64,000 nucleotides of DNA, taken from positions 451,867 to 515,866 of the forward strand of contig CBDFGR010000003.1 in assembly GCA_965247115.1 (NCBI GenBank). Reading direction: 5' to 3'. Shown one piece after another: positions 55,852 to 64,000 of this stretch. The position numbers and the translations under genes were made by a program. Source of the stretch: Myxococcota bacterium. Its GTDB lineage: Bacteria > Myxococcota_A > UBA9160 > SZUA-336. Within the stretch, counting starts at the first letter, position 1, and the number at the start of each line of letters is the position of its first letter. Under the pieces are notes generated by a model that saw nothing but the letters and a program-made list of their open reading frames with translations, was not told where the DNA came from and did no database searches.

Positions 55852-57057
55852 CACATCGGTGCGTCGGCCTGCTTCCCGGATCAGGGCCAACGCCTCCTGA
55901 TCGCTCAGGCTCGCAGACAGACTCTCAAACACGCCGCGGTAGTGGTAGTCGGGGTCGACTCGAACCCTGGCGACGAGCTCGCGTGCGGTGTCAGCACGGG
56001 CGACCTCGTACTCGAGCCGGACCGACTCCCCTGGCAGCACGCGGGTGTCGAAGATCTCCACCAACCGCGCCAGGTCGACCTCTCTACCGATCGTACCCAC
56101 GACACGGGTCTCCTCGAGCTCTTGCCCGTCGCCAGCGACCTGCACCACCTCCAGGAAGACCCGCGGGGTGACGTAGGTCGGGAAGGCGTGACCCACGTCA
56201 CGGTTCGCGAGCACGAGTGTCGCGCGCAGCACGGCAGCATCCGGGGCGCTGGGGAAGAACTCGACCTCCACCGCCTGTCTCACCATCTCGGGATCGTGGA
56301 TGCCCTGCCACAGGTGTGCGCGATCTGGCATGTGGCAGTCCTGACACTGACGACCGGCCAGGGCCTGGGGACTCCGCTCCCACTCGCGAAACGTGTTCTC
56401 GAGCGGCTTGCCATTCACTCCCGGATCATCGAAGAACTGGTGGCATTCCGCACAGAAGCGACTCTCGAGGTACTCGTCGCGGATCTCGAAGCCCCCGTGC
56501 GGCAGGGGATCGGCCTGCGGACCTGCGTCGGCGCGCCGGGGCGGTCCGAAGGTGCGGTGCCCTCGCCGGTGGCAGCCTGCGCAGACGAGGCCTTGCGAGC
56601 GAAGCTCCGCATCGAAGCTGGGATTGGGGCGAAGCGACGCGTCGAAGGGCTGCTGCTCGCCTAGCGGAGCATGGCAGGAGAGACAGTTCCGTACCTGAAA
56701 CGGCGGGGCGAGGCTGCCCTCGATGAGTTGCCCGGCCAGACCTGGCGAGTAGGCAGCAGCGTGAAGCGAGCCCCGCCATTCCGCGAACTGCTCGGGATGA
56801 CACGCGCCGCACGTCGCGGGATCGAGCGAGGCCTCGACTGCGGAGAAGCTCGCGGGTGGCGGTCCTTGCGCGGCGGCGGGAATGCTCCAGTGCGCGGCCA
56901 GAAAGGGCCCGAGCGTGCCAAGACGCTGCGTCGTGTCGTCCGCGGCGACGGGCTCCGGTGGCGCGAGCTCACCGTTCCCGCAGCTTGCCAGGACGAGGAC
57001 CGGAGCCAGCAGACAGCAGCGCCGGAGCAAACCTCGCCTTGCGGAAACAGCGGGCAC
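55786..57057 (-). CDS. Pentaheme c-type cytochrome lipoprotein.
   Basis: GTG start ~57057 (VPAVSARRGLLRRCCLLAPVLVLASCG, lipobox LASCG). Five CxxCH motifs: CGACH, CLSCH, CAGCH, CAECH, CQDCH. The N-terminal 430 codons of the 861-aa track ORF are antisense of hemN and junk. Confidence 0.75.
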   Translation of the reverse strand: MPAVSARRGLLRRCCLLAPVLVLASCGNGELAPPEPVAADDTTQRLGTLGPFLAAHWSIPAAAQGPPPASFSAVEASLDPATCGACHPEQFAEWRGSLHAAAYSPGLAGQLIEGSLAPPFQVRNCLSCHAPLGEQQPFDASLRPNPSFDAELRSQGLVCAGCHRRGHRTFGPPRRADAGPQADPLPHGGFEIRDEYLESRFCAECHQFFDDPGVNGKPLENTFREWERSPQALAGRQCQDCHMPDRAHLWQGIHDPEMVRQAVEVEFFPSAPDAAVLRATLVLANRDVGHAFPTYVTPRVFLEVVQVAGDGQELEETRVVGTIGREVDLARLVEIFDTRVLPGESVRLEYEVARADTARELVARVRVDPDYHYRGVFESLSASLSDQEALALIREAGRRTDVSVYVLEEIRQPLASLQGGAGR

Positions 57058-57186
57058 TTCAGCAGCCAATACGCGACGCCATTCGCACAGGTTACGGCGT
57101 CTGTCGCCGGAAGATCGAGCGTAGCCCTGCCTGGCGGCTCCGCTCGACAAATCGCAGACTGCAGCACTCGGGCCACGGGGGCGGAC

Positions 57187-58590
57187 GTGACAGGGACAGC
57201 AACGGATGACTTTGCGATCCCGGATCTGGAGAGCGTCCGACGCCTGATCCCGAAGTACGAGCGACCGGGCCCGCGCTACACCAGCTATCCAACTGCGCCG
57301 GTGTGGAGCGAGGAGTTCGGAGAGGACGAGCTCCGCGACGCGCTCGCGAGGGCCACGGACCGACCGCTCTCGCTCTACATCCACATCCCGTTCTGCGAGC
57401 GTCTCTGCACCTTCTGCGCGTGCAACCGCACGATCACGCGCGACCACTCCGTAGCCGGCCCCTACCTCGATTCGCTCGAAGACGAGGCCCGAAAGGTCGC
57501 GGAGACCATCGGTGGAGAGCGCCCCTGCGTCCAGCTCGCGGTCGGGGGGGGCACACCGACCTATCTCTCGGAGCTCGAGCTCGCGCGCATGTGCGAGATC
57601 GCAGACGCTCACTTCCCACCGCGCCCCGGTGCGGAGCGCAGCATCGAGGTCGATCCCCGCGTGACCCGGCGCGAGCAGCTCGAGGTGCTGGCGGAGCACG
57701 GCTTCAATCGCATCAGCCTCGGAGTTCAGGACATGTCGCCGAAGGTGCAGAAGGCCATCAACCGGGTCCAGCCGCGCGCCATGACCGAGGAGCTCACGGA
57801 GAGCGCGCGCGCACTGGGTTTTGGCTCCGTCAACTTCGATCTGATCTACGGTCTGCCCTTCCAGACCACCGACTCCTTCGACGACACGCTCACTCAGGTG
57901 ATCGAGCTGCGGCCCGACCGCATCGCCCTGTACAGCTACGCACACGTGACCTGGATCTCGAAGCAGCAGAGGGGCTTCGAGAACAAGGACCTGCCGTCGG
58001 CCGAGCAAAAGCTCGCGATCTTCCTGCTGGCGAACGAACGCCTGGCGGAAGCGGGCTACCTGTTCTTCGGGCTCGACCACTTCGCGCTGCCGGACGACGA
58101 GCTCTCGAGCGCCGCGCGCGGCGGCGACCTGCGCCGCAACTTCATGGGCTACACGACGAAGGCCAGCGTGGATCTGATCGGTCTCGGCGCCAGCGGCATC
58201 TCGGAGCTGTCCGACGCCTACGCGCAGTCGCTGCGTACGCCCGCGGAGTGGAGCGAACGCATCCGCGCGGGCAGGCTGGCCACGATGCGGGGCTGGTCGC
58301 TGTCCGAGGACGACCTGCGACGCAAGTGGCTCATTCAACGGCTCATGTGCCAGGGCGAGATCAGCCCGCACGCGTACGAGGACAGCTTTGGGGAGCCGCT
58401 GTCTGCACGCATCCCCTCGCTGGAAGAACGGCTGGCGCCGCTCGTCGCGGATGGCCTGCTCTCGACCCGGGGAGACGAGTACGAGCTCACGCCGCGCGGT
58501 CGCGTGTTCCTGCGACCCGTGGCCATGACCTTCGACGCGTATCTCAGCGAGCAGGACTCCTCGCGTCCAAGATTCTCCAGCACGCTGTGA
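57187..58590 (+). CDS. hemN: Oxygen-independent coproporphyrinogen III oxidase (radical SAM).
   Basis: GTG start 57187 (VTGTATDDFAIPDLESVRRLIPKYERPGPRYTSYPTA, canonical HemN N-terminus). Radical SAM YIHIPFCERLCTFCACN; GGGTPTYL. The upstream 170 codons of the track ORF are antisense of the cytochrome gene. Confidence 0.9.
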   Translation: MTGTATDDFAIPDLESVRRLIPKYERPGPRYTSYPTAPVWSEEFGEDELRDALARATDRPLSLYIHIPFCERLCTFCACNRTITRDHSVAGPYLDSLEDEARKVAETIGGERPCVQLAVGGGTPTYLSELELARMCEIADAHFPPRPGAERSIEVDPRVTRREQLEVLAEHGFNRISLGVQDMSPKVQKAINRVQPRAMTEELTESARALGFGSVNFDLIYGLPFQTTDSFDDTLTQVIELRPDRIALYSYAHVTWISKQQRGFENKDLPSAEQKLAIFLLANERLAEAGYLFFGLDHFALPDDELSSAARGGDLRRNFMGYTTKASVDLIGLGASGISELSDAYAQSLRTPAEWSERIRAGRLATMRGWSLSEDDLRRKWLIQRLMCQGEISPHAYEDSFGEPLSARIPSLEERLAPLVADGLLSTRGDEYELTPRGRVFLRPVAMTFDAYLSEQDSSRPRFSSTL

Positions 58591-59024
58591 CTCTGCTGTG
58601 GCTGAAAGCGCTGCACCTGATCGCGGTGGTGGCCTGGTTCGCGGGGCTCTTCTACATGTTCCGCCTTTTTGTCTACCACGCGGAGAACACGGAAAAGCCG
58701 GAGGTCACCGACGTGCTCAAGACGATGGCCTGGCGCCTGTATCGCGTGATCACCACACCCGCGCTGATCGCGAGCTTCGTGTTCGGGCTCGGAATGGTCG
58801 CGCTCCAACCGGGCTACCTGAGCCTTGGCTGGTTCCAGGCGAAGCTCGGGCTCGTGCTGGGTCTCGCCGGCTACCACGGCTACGTCGGCAGGGTGCGGCG
58901 CCGCTTTGCCGCCGACGACGTGTACCTGACTTCGCGCCAGTGCAGGATTCGCAACGAGATCCCGACGCTGTTCCTGATCGCAATCGTGCTGCTGGCGGTC
59001 CTGAGACCCCTCGCCGGCGCGTAG
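58587..59024 (+). CDS. hemJ: Protoporphyrinogen IX oxidase HemJ (PF03653/UPF0093).
   Basis: GTG overlapping the hemN stop (GTGA); LLWLKALHLIAVVAWFAGLFYMFRLFVYHAE matches the HemJ N-terminus; 145 aa, 4 TM. Confidence 0.8.
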   Translation: MTLLWLKALHLIAVVAWFAGLFYMFRLFVYHAENTEKPEVTDVLKTMAWRLYRVITTPALIASFVFGLGMVALQPGYLSLGWFQAKLGLVLGLAGYHGYVGRVRRRFAADDVYLTSRQCRIRNEIPTLFLIAIVLLAVLRPLAGA

Positions 59025-59113
59025 CTTGCCTTGGCGCCCGGACGCCTGGCCTTCGGGTGCCGTCATGCGCCACACTCGGGACAGACAACGGATCGAGCCG
59101 AGAGGTGACAGCC

Positions 59114-60370
59114 ATGAAGTTCGGGATCTTCTACGAGCACCAGCTCCCGCGCCCCTGGAGCGAGGGAGCCGAGCTCCAGCTGTTTCAGGAAGCTCTGGAC
59201 CAGGTCGAGCTCGCCGATCGCATTGGCATCGACTACGCCTGGGAGGTGGAGCACCACTTCCTGGAGGAGTACTCGCACTCTTCGGCACCCGAGGTATTCC
59301 TCGCCGCCTGCTCGCAGCGGACGCAGCGAATCCGCCTCGCGCACGGGATCGTGCTCATGCCCTCGGGCTACAACCATCCCGCTCGCGTCGCGGAACGCGT
59401 CGCGACGCTGGATCTGGTCTCGAACGGCCGAGTCGAGTTCGGCACGGGCGAGTCTGCGTCGCTCGCAGAGCTCGGCGGCTTCCGCGTCGCCGTCGAGAGC
59501 AAGCGCGAGGAGTGGCAGGAGTCGGTGGAGCAGGCGGCGAACATGCTCGCCATCGATCCCTACCCCGGCTTCGAGGGCAAATACTTCAGCATGCCCTGCC
59601 GCAACGTCGTGCCGAAACCGGTGCAGCGCCCCCACCCGCCGCTGTGGGTGGCATGCTCCAACCGGGAGACGATTCACGTCGCTGCAAAGCTCGGGATGGG
59701 TGCGCTCACATTCGCGTTTATCGACCCGGAAGAGGCCAAGAAGTGGGTGGACGACTACTACACCATCCTGAAGACCGAGTGCGTTCCGATCGGTCACGCG
59801 ATCAACCCGAACATCGCGATGGTCACGGGCTTCTCCTGTCATCACGACGAGGAAGAAGCGAGGCGCAGGGGCATGGACGGCTTCCGCTTCTTCGGGTACG
59901 CGCTCGGCCATCACTACATCTACGGCGAGCACACGCCCGGCCGGACGAATATCTGGGAGCGCTTCGAAGCCGCGCGAGACAATATGCCCCAGGAGGGAGC
60001 GAACCGCGGGATCGGTACGCCGGAGCAGCTCCGCGAGCACTTGCGGGGCTTTCAAGAGGCCGGTGTCGACCAGGTCTGCTTCATCCAGCAGGGCGGGCGG
60101 AACAAGCACGCGCACATCTGCGAGTCACTGGAGCTGTTCGGCAAGGAGGTCATGCCGGAGTTCCACGAGCACGAAGAGGAACGCGAACGCCGCAAGCGGG
60201 ACGAGCTCGCACCCTTCCTCGAGCAAGCCCTGGCTCGCAAGCAATATCTGAAGCCGCTCGCGGACGACGAGATTCCGAAGGTGGTCGCCTTGGGGCGCGA
60301 GATCGTTCAAGAGCTTCCGAAGAGACAGGGCGCGCTCAGCGTTCCCCTTCACGATCCCGCCGAGGGCTAG
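59114..60370 (+). CDS. LLM-class (luciferase-like) flavin-dependent oxidoreductase.
   Basis: ATG 59114 after GAGG; MKFGIFYEHQLPRPWSEG...IDYAWEVEHHF, typical LLM TIM-barrel N-terminus; 418 aa. Confidence 0.85.
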   Translation: MKFGIFYEHQLPRPWSEGAELQLFQEALDQVELADRIGIDYAWEVEHHFLEEYSHSSAPEVFLAACSQRTQRIRLAHGIVLMPSGYNHPARVAERVATLDLVSNGRVEFGTGESASLAELGGFRVAVESKREEWQESVEQAANMLAIDPYPGFEGKYFSMPCRNVVPKPVQRPHPPLWVACSNRETIHVAAKLGMGALTFAFIDPEEAKKWVDDYYTILKTECVPIGHAINPNIAMVTGFSCHHDEEEARRRGMDGFRFFGYALGHHYIYGEHTPGRTNIWERFEAARDNMPQEGANRGIGTPEQLREHLRGFQEAGVDQVCFIQQGGRNKHAHICESLELFGKEVMPEFHEHEEERERRKRDELAPFLEQALARKQYLKPLADDEIPKVVALGREIVQELPKRQGALSVPLHDPAEG

Positions 60371-61371
60371 CCCTCGGCGGACGCGGCGAGCCTCGCGAGC
60401 TGATCGAGGCTAGCGCGCTCACCGATCACGACGAGGTGATCGCCGGCTGCGACCGGCCTGTCGTCGGTGGGAACGAGCTCGATGTCTTCTTCGCCGCGCT
60501 TGAGAGCGACGACGCGCATGCGCGCGCTGGCCTGCTCCAGATCTCCCACGTGTTGCCCCACGAGGCTGGAACGTTCCTCGACACGGATCTCCTCCAGATC
60601 CACCTCCGCGTGGGAGAGGGGCCGAGAGATCTCCAGGAAGTCGACGACCGCGGGCCGCAGGATCGAGCTGGCGAGGCGCAGGCCGCCCAGCTGATAGGCA
60701 GAAATCACGTGGTCCGCGCCAGCCAGCCGGAGCCTGCGCAGCGCGCTCTCGCTCTCGCCGCGTGCGTGGATGCGGATCTCCGGGTGGTGCTCGCGCGCTG
60801 ACAGGGTGATGAAGACGTTGTCCGGATCCGAGCCCGTGGCAACAACGATGGCGTTCGCGCGCACGATGCCCGCGTGCACGATCACGTCATCCGAGACCGC
60901 CGACCCGATCAAGTACGGAACCCCGAGCCGCGCCAGCTCGTCGTCTTTGCTCCTGTCCTGCTCGATGATCACCTGGGACCTCCCCGCGCTCCGAAGCTCC
61001 TCGACGACGATGCGCCCCAGGCGCCCGTAGCCGCAGATGATCACGTGCCCACTCAGCTGATCGATGTTCTTCTGCATAGCGTTCCTCGAGAAGAGATCGC
61101 GGAAGCGTCCCTCCAGCAATAGTGCGGCCGTCTGGCCGAGGAGATAGAAGACGAGACCGACGCCGCCTGCGATCAGGATTACGGTGAAGAGGCGACCCCC
61201 TCCGCTGAGCGGTCGGACCTCGCCGTAACCCACGGTGGAGATGGTGATGACCGTCATGTAGAGGGCCTCAGACCACGACATTCCCTCGACCAGGACGTAG
61301 CCCGCCGTGCCCGCGGCGGTGATCGCTGCCAGCCCGGCAAAGGGCGCGAACAGCCGCCGATACACGTTCAT
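60367..61371 (-). CDS. K+ channel (2TM pore) fused to RCK/TrkA-N and TrkA-C domains.
   Basis: Selectivity filter TVGYGE; Rossmann GHVIICGYGRLGRIV (GxGxxG) of TrkA-N; C-terminal TrkA-C-like ...RVVALKRGEEDIELVPTDDRPVAAGDHLVVIG. Confidence 0.85.
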   Translation of the reverse strand: MNVYRRLFAPFAGLAAITAAGTAGYVLVEGMSWSEALYMTVITISTVGYGEVRPLSGGGRLFTVILIAGGVGLVFYLLGQTAALLLEGRFRDLFSRNAMQKNIDQLSGHVIICGYGRLGRIVVEELRSAGRSQVIIEQDRSKDDELARLGVPYLIGSAVSDDVIVHAGIVRANAIVVATGSDPDNVFITLSAREHHPEIRIHARGESESALRRLRLAGADHVISAYQLGGLRLASSILRPAVVDFLEISRPLSHAEVDLEEIRVEERSSLVGQHVGDLEQASARMRVVALKRGEEDIELVPTDDRPVAAGDHLVVIGERASLDQLARLAASAEG

Positions 61372-62516
61372 CGGTTCCCGACCAGGAGCTGGGCCCGTAC
61401 GACACCGAGAAGCGCTTCACGGGTCACCGCGCCCACCAGTCGATCGTCGGAGACCACCGGCAGCTGGTTCACGCCGAGCTCGACCATGCGCGAGAGTGCC
61501 ACGTGGCCGCTGTCCTCGGGTGAGACCACGGCGAGCTGGTCGGCTCCAAGCATGACCCGCAGAACCGGAGTCGTGGCCCGCTCGGTCGGCGGCGTCTGCG
61601 CGAGCTCCCGCAGCGTGACGAGGCCCCGCAGCCGACCAGCTGCGTCGACCACGAAGAACGTGCGTCGGCCCTGTCGAAGCACCATGCCCTCGAGCACCTC
61701 GGCCACGCTCTCGTCCCCCGAAAGCAGCGCCTCGGTGACCGGAACCAGCGTCTCGCGCACCCAGACCCGGGCCAGCGCACGCTGCATCGCCTCCTGTCCC
61801 ACCGTGGCACGCGATGCACTCAGCAGGAACCAGCCGATCAGTACGAACCAGATGCCCCCGACGAGCTGGCCTCCCAGGACGGCGCTCAGCGCTCCCACTC
61901 CCATCAGGGTCCAGGCGAAGATCGCCCCACATGCGCCCGCGACGCGGGTCGCCCGCGTGAAGTCGCCCGAGATCGACCACAGGATGCCGCGCAGCACCCT
62001 GCCACCGTCCAGAGGGAAGCCGGGAACCACGTTGAAGGCCGCGAGCAACAGGTTGATGCGCCCGAGCCAGCCGAGCCCGCGACGGACGAGGCCCCCCTCC
62101 GCCCCAACCCCGGTTGCGAGGCCGAGGAAGAAGAGGCCGAGCAGCACGCTCACCAGCGGTCCCGCCACGGCCACGACGATCTCTTCCCGAGGCCGCTTGG
62201 CCTCCGAGCTCAGCTCCGCCACCCCACCGAACAGGAACAGGGTGATCGAGCGCACCCGAATGCCGAGACGCTGCGCCGTCAGGCTGTGGCCGAGCTCGTG
62301 AAGCAGGATGGATGCGAAGAACACCAGGCTCACGAGCGCCGCCGCGAACCAGGCATCGATCCCCAGCACGCCCTCACCCGCAGCGAACTGCTGGGCGAGC
62401 GAGAACGTGACGAGCGCAAAGATCAGCAGCCAGCTGTAATCGACCAAAAGCTCGATTCCGGCCACCGTTCCGAGCTGCCAGCCCGTGCGCCGAACCGTGC
62501 CGCCACCCTGCGCCAT
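61368..62516 (-). CDS. Site-2 protease family (peptidase M50) with a C-terminal CBS pair.
   Basis: HELGH zinc motif in TM; second motif FNVVPGFPLDGGRVL (LDG); two CBS-like segments at the C-terminus. It is 4-nt coupled to the channel gene. Confidence 0.85.
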   Translation of the reverse strand: MAQGGGTVRRTGWQLGTVAGIELLVDYSWLLIFALVTFSLAQQFAAGEGVLGIDAWFAAALVSLVFFASILLHELGHSLTAQRLGIRVRSITLFLFGGVAELSSEAKRPREEIVVAVAGPLVSVLLGLFFLGLATGVGAEGGLVRRGLGWLGRINLLLAAFNVVPGFPLDGGRVLRGILWSISGDFTRATRVAGACGAIFAWTLMGVGALSAVLGGQLVGGIWFVLIGWFLLSASRATVGQEAMQRALARVWVRETLVPVTEALLSGDESVAEVLEGMVLRQGRRTFFVVDAAGRLRGLVTLRELAQTPPTERATTPVLRVMLGADQLAVVSPEDSGHVALSRMVELGVNQLPVVSDDRLVGAVTREALLGVVRAQLLVGNR

Positions 62517-62664
62517 GCCGACTCTTTAGCCACCCGGACCCCTTGTGCAAGCGGGGCGCGCTCGACGCGGGGGCAGCTGCTTGCCGAGCCGGAGGCCAGG
62601 GAGCGATACGCTGTAGTCATTATCACCCGGTTCGCGTAGGCTGGTCGCGGGGTTTGGAGGAACC

Positions 62665-62949
62665 GTGATCCAGTCAGCCGCGATCCTGCTGCTCGCCTCC
62701 CTGGCGGGCTCGCCTGCGGGAGAGATCGTTTGCGAGAGCCGGCGCGTGCCCGTGCTGTTCGCTGAGGGCGGGGCGCGAAAGCACTACGTCATGGAGGTCG
62801 AGACGCGCTGCTACCATCCGCCGCTCGGCCACCTGCAGCAGCTCAAGCTCGCGTGCGACCTCTTCCACAGCGCCTACGGAGCGGAAGAGGGCCAGGCCCG
62901 CTGCCAGGATCTGATCTCACGCTCCGGGCCACCCGAACTGGAGCGCTGA
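62665..62949 (+). CDS. Small secreted Cys-containing protein (hypothetical).
   Basis: GGAGG then 5 nt then GTG; signal peptide MIQSAAILLLASLAGSPAGE; four Cys; 94 aa. Confidence 0.45.
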   Translation: MIQSAAILLLASLAGSPAGEIVCESRRVPVLFAEGGARKHYVMEVETRCYHPPLGHLQQLKLACDLFHSAYGAEEGQARCQDLISRSGPPELER

Positions 62950-62992
62950 GCGACCGGCTATAGCGGGCTGCCGCTGCGCTACTTTTAGGCCC

Positions 62993-63901
62993 GTGGAAGA
63001 GCGTGACCTGTACAACGACCTCGGAGTGTCCCGGGATGCGTCCGAGGACGAGATCCGACGAACGTACCGCAAGCTCGCGCGGCGCTATCACCCCGACGTG
63101 AATCCGAACGACCCCAAGGCCGAGGAGCGCTTCAAGCAGATCGCGTTCGCGAACGAGGTTCTCTCCGACAAGGAGAAGCGCGGCCGCTACGACGAGTTCG
63201 GGATGCAGGGGCTCGGGGAGGGCTTCGACCCGGAGCATGCGCGCGAGTACATGCGCTGGTCCAGGGGCGCACGGCGCAGCCCGGACCACGACGCCTTCAG
63301 CTCCACGATGGATCTCGACGACCTGCTCTCCGGGCTGTTCGGCCGACGGCGCGGGCCGACTCCGGGTCGAGACGCGCACGCCCAGATTGCGGTCGACTTT
63401 CTCGACGCAGTGAACGGTACGGAGGTCCCACTTCAGCTCGAGGGCAAGACCCTGCGGGTGCGCATCCCACCCGGCTCCGACGACGAGACCCGTCTCCGGC
63501 TGGCCGGCAAGGGACTGCCGTCGCCCGACGGGGGCGGGCCCGGTGACCTGTACCTGACGCTCGAGGTCCGCCCCGATTCGAACTTCACGCGCTTCGGACC
63601 CGATCTCTCTCTTGAGGTTCCGGTCACCCTGCCCGAGCTGATGCTAGGCGCCGCGATCCAGGTTCCCACCCCCGACGGTCTCGTGACCCTGAAGGTCCCG
63701 GCGCACTCCGCGAGCGGCCAGAAGCTGCGCCTGGCCGGCAAGGGGGTCGCGCGGCGCGAGGGCGGGCGCGGCGACCTCTTCGTGACCTTGGTCGCGGTGC
63801 TTCCCGACGCCGACCAGCCCGAGTACGACGAGCTGGCGGAGCAGCTGCGTGCCCTGTACGGGGACCGAGACGTTCGCGCGCAGCTCAGGAGCAAGACGTG
63901 A
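62993..63901 (+). CDS. cbpA: J-domain protein of the CbpA type (DnaJ without Zn-finger).
   Basis: J-domain DLYNDLGV...YRKLARRYHPDVN (HPD), no CxxCxGxG repeats, DnaJ C-terminal domains (GDLYLTLEV...; GDLFVTLVAVLP). Confidence 0.8.
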   Translation: MEERDLYNDLGVSRDASEDEIRRTYRKLARRYHPDVNPNDPKAEERFKQIAFANEVLSDKEKRGRYDEFGMQGLGEGFDPEHAREYMRWSRGARRSPDHDAFSSTMDLDDLLSGLFGRRRGPTPGRDAHAQIAVDFLDAVNGTEVPLQLEGKTLRVRIPPGSDDETRLRLAGKGLPSPDGGGPGDLYLTLEVRPDSNFTRFGPDLSLEVPVTLPELMLGAAIQVPTPDGLVTLKVPAHSASGQKLRLAGKGVARREGGRGDLFVTLVAVLPDADQPEYDELAEQLRALYGDRDVRAQLRSKT

Positions 63902-64000
63902 GCTACTACACGCGCAAGCAGCTGCTGGAGTTTCTCGACACCGACGACGGCTTCATCACGTCGCTCCAGCAGGAGGAGATCATCGTCGTGGACTCGCCCG
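63898..64000 (+). CDS. cbpM: CbpM-like MerR-family chaperone modulator; the 3' end runs off the window.
   Basis: GTG overlapping the cbpA stop; VSYYTRKQLLEFLDTDDGFITSLQQEEIIVVDSP resembles the CbpM N-terminus. Confidence 0.45.
   Translation, partial: MSYYTRKQLLEFLDTDDGFITSLQQEEIIVVDSP

Noticed and set aside
55942-56664. 240-aa plus-strand ORF and the N-terminal 430 codons of the 861-aa minus-strand ORF
   Set aside because: The plus ORF is antisense to the pentaheme cytochrome. The minus ORF's upstream part is antisense to hemN. The real starts are GTG 57057 (cytochrome) and GTG 57187 (hemN).
59063-60115. 350-aa minus-strand ORF opposite the LLM oxidoreductase
   Set aside because: It is antisense to a gene with a clear LLM N-terminus and SD.

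Overview
This 64-kb window is very GC-rich, roughly 70% by eye, and looks like chromosomal DNA from a Gram-negative bacterium. The gene content is myxobacterial/deltaproteobacterial in flavour: an RRM-domain protein, a PEGA lipoprotein, thrombospondin type 3 (TSP3) repeats, pentapeptide repeats, and adenylate cyclases fused to STAND-ATPase and TPR modules. The taxon cannot be fixed from sequence alone.

I found no rRNA, tRNA, CRISPR array, transposase or integrase. Coding density is high, with about 60 genes and many 4-nt start/stop overlaps typical of operons. Because of the GC content, the six-frame track contains many long spurious antisense ORFs that are rich in Arg/Pro/Ala codons. I chose the real frame at each locus by recognisable conserved motifs, signal peptides, lipoboxes and Shine-Dalgarno sequences.

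Recognisable genes and operons:
- A NatA/NatB-like ABC exporter (3043..4946).
- A TonB-dependent receptor (5169..7643) with a 220-nt leader.
- A sulfite reductase hemoprotein flanked by DUF2849 and DUF934 (11656..14117).
- A CBS-GGDEF diguanylate cyclase (14114..15073).
- A 1469-aa secreted Ca-binding protein with FG-GAP-like 'DLNGDGD' and TSP3 repeats (16257..20666).
- A rhomboid-like protease with a long C-terminal extension (21001..23028).
- Two convergent enoyl-CoA hydratases, one of them disrupted (24212..25633).
- An adenylate cyclase-STAND-TPR / pentapeptide / EAL operon (40911..46089).
- xthA (40142..40909).
- Two K+ channels (36796..37623 and 60367..61371).
- A TatT-associated TRAP transporter operon with a rhodanese gene (48184..52640).
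- A divergent pentaheme cytochrome c / hemN-hemJ pair (55786..59024).
- A cbpA-cbpM pair at the 3' edge (62993..64000).

The most unusual content, and my best candidates for undescribed biology, are two loci. The first is an eight-gene minus-strand envelope operon (30271..35088). It couples an ExbB/ExbD proton-channel pair to a TonB-like protein with a Pro/Glu-rich linker, an SLT lytic transglycosylase, a coiled-coil secreted protein and lipoproteins. The second is a mono-heme c-type cytochrome (53741..54526) whose N-terminus is a tandem array of about ten 7-residue 'KTLNPCA' repeats, encoded by 21-bp DNA repeats carrying synonymous changes, with a second NPC-rich C-terminal tail.
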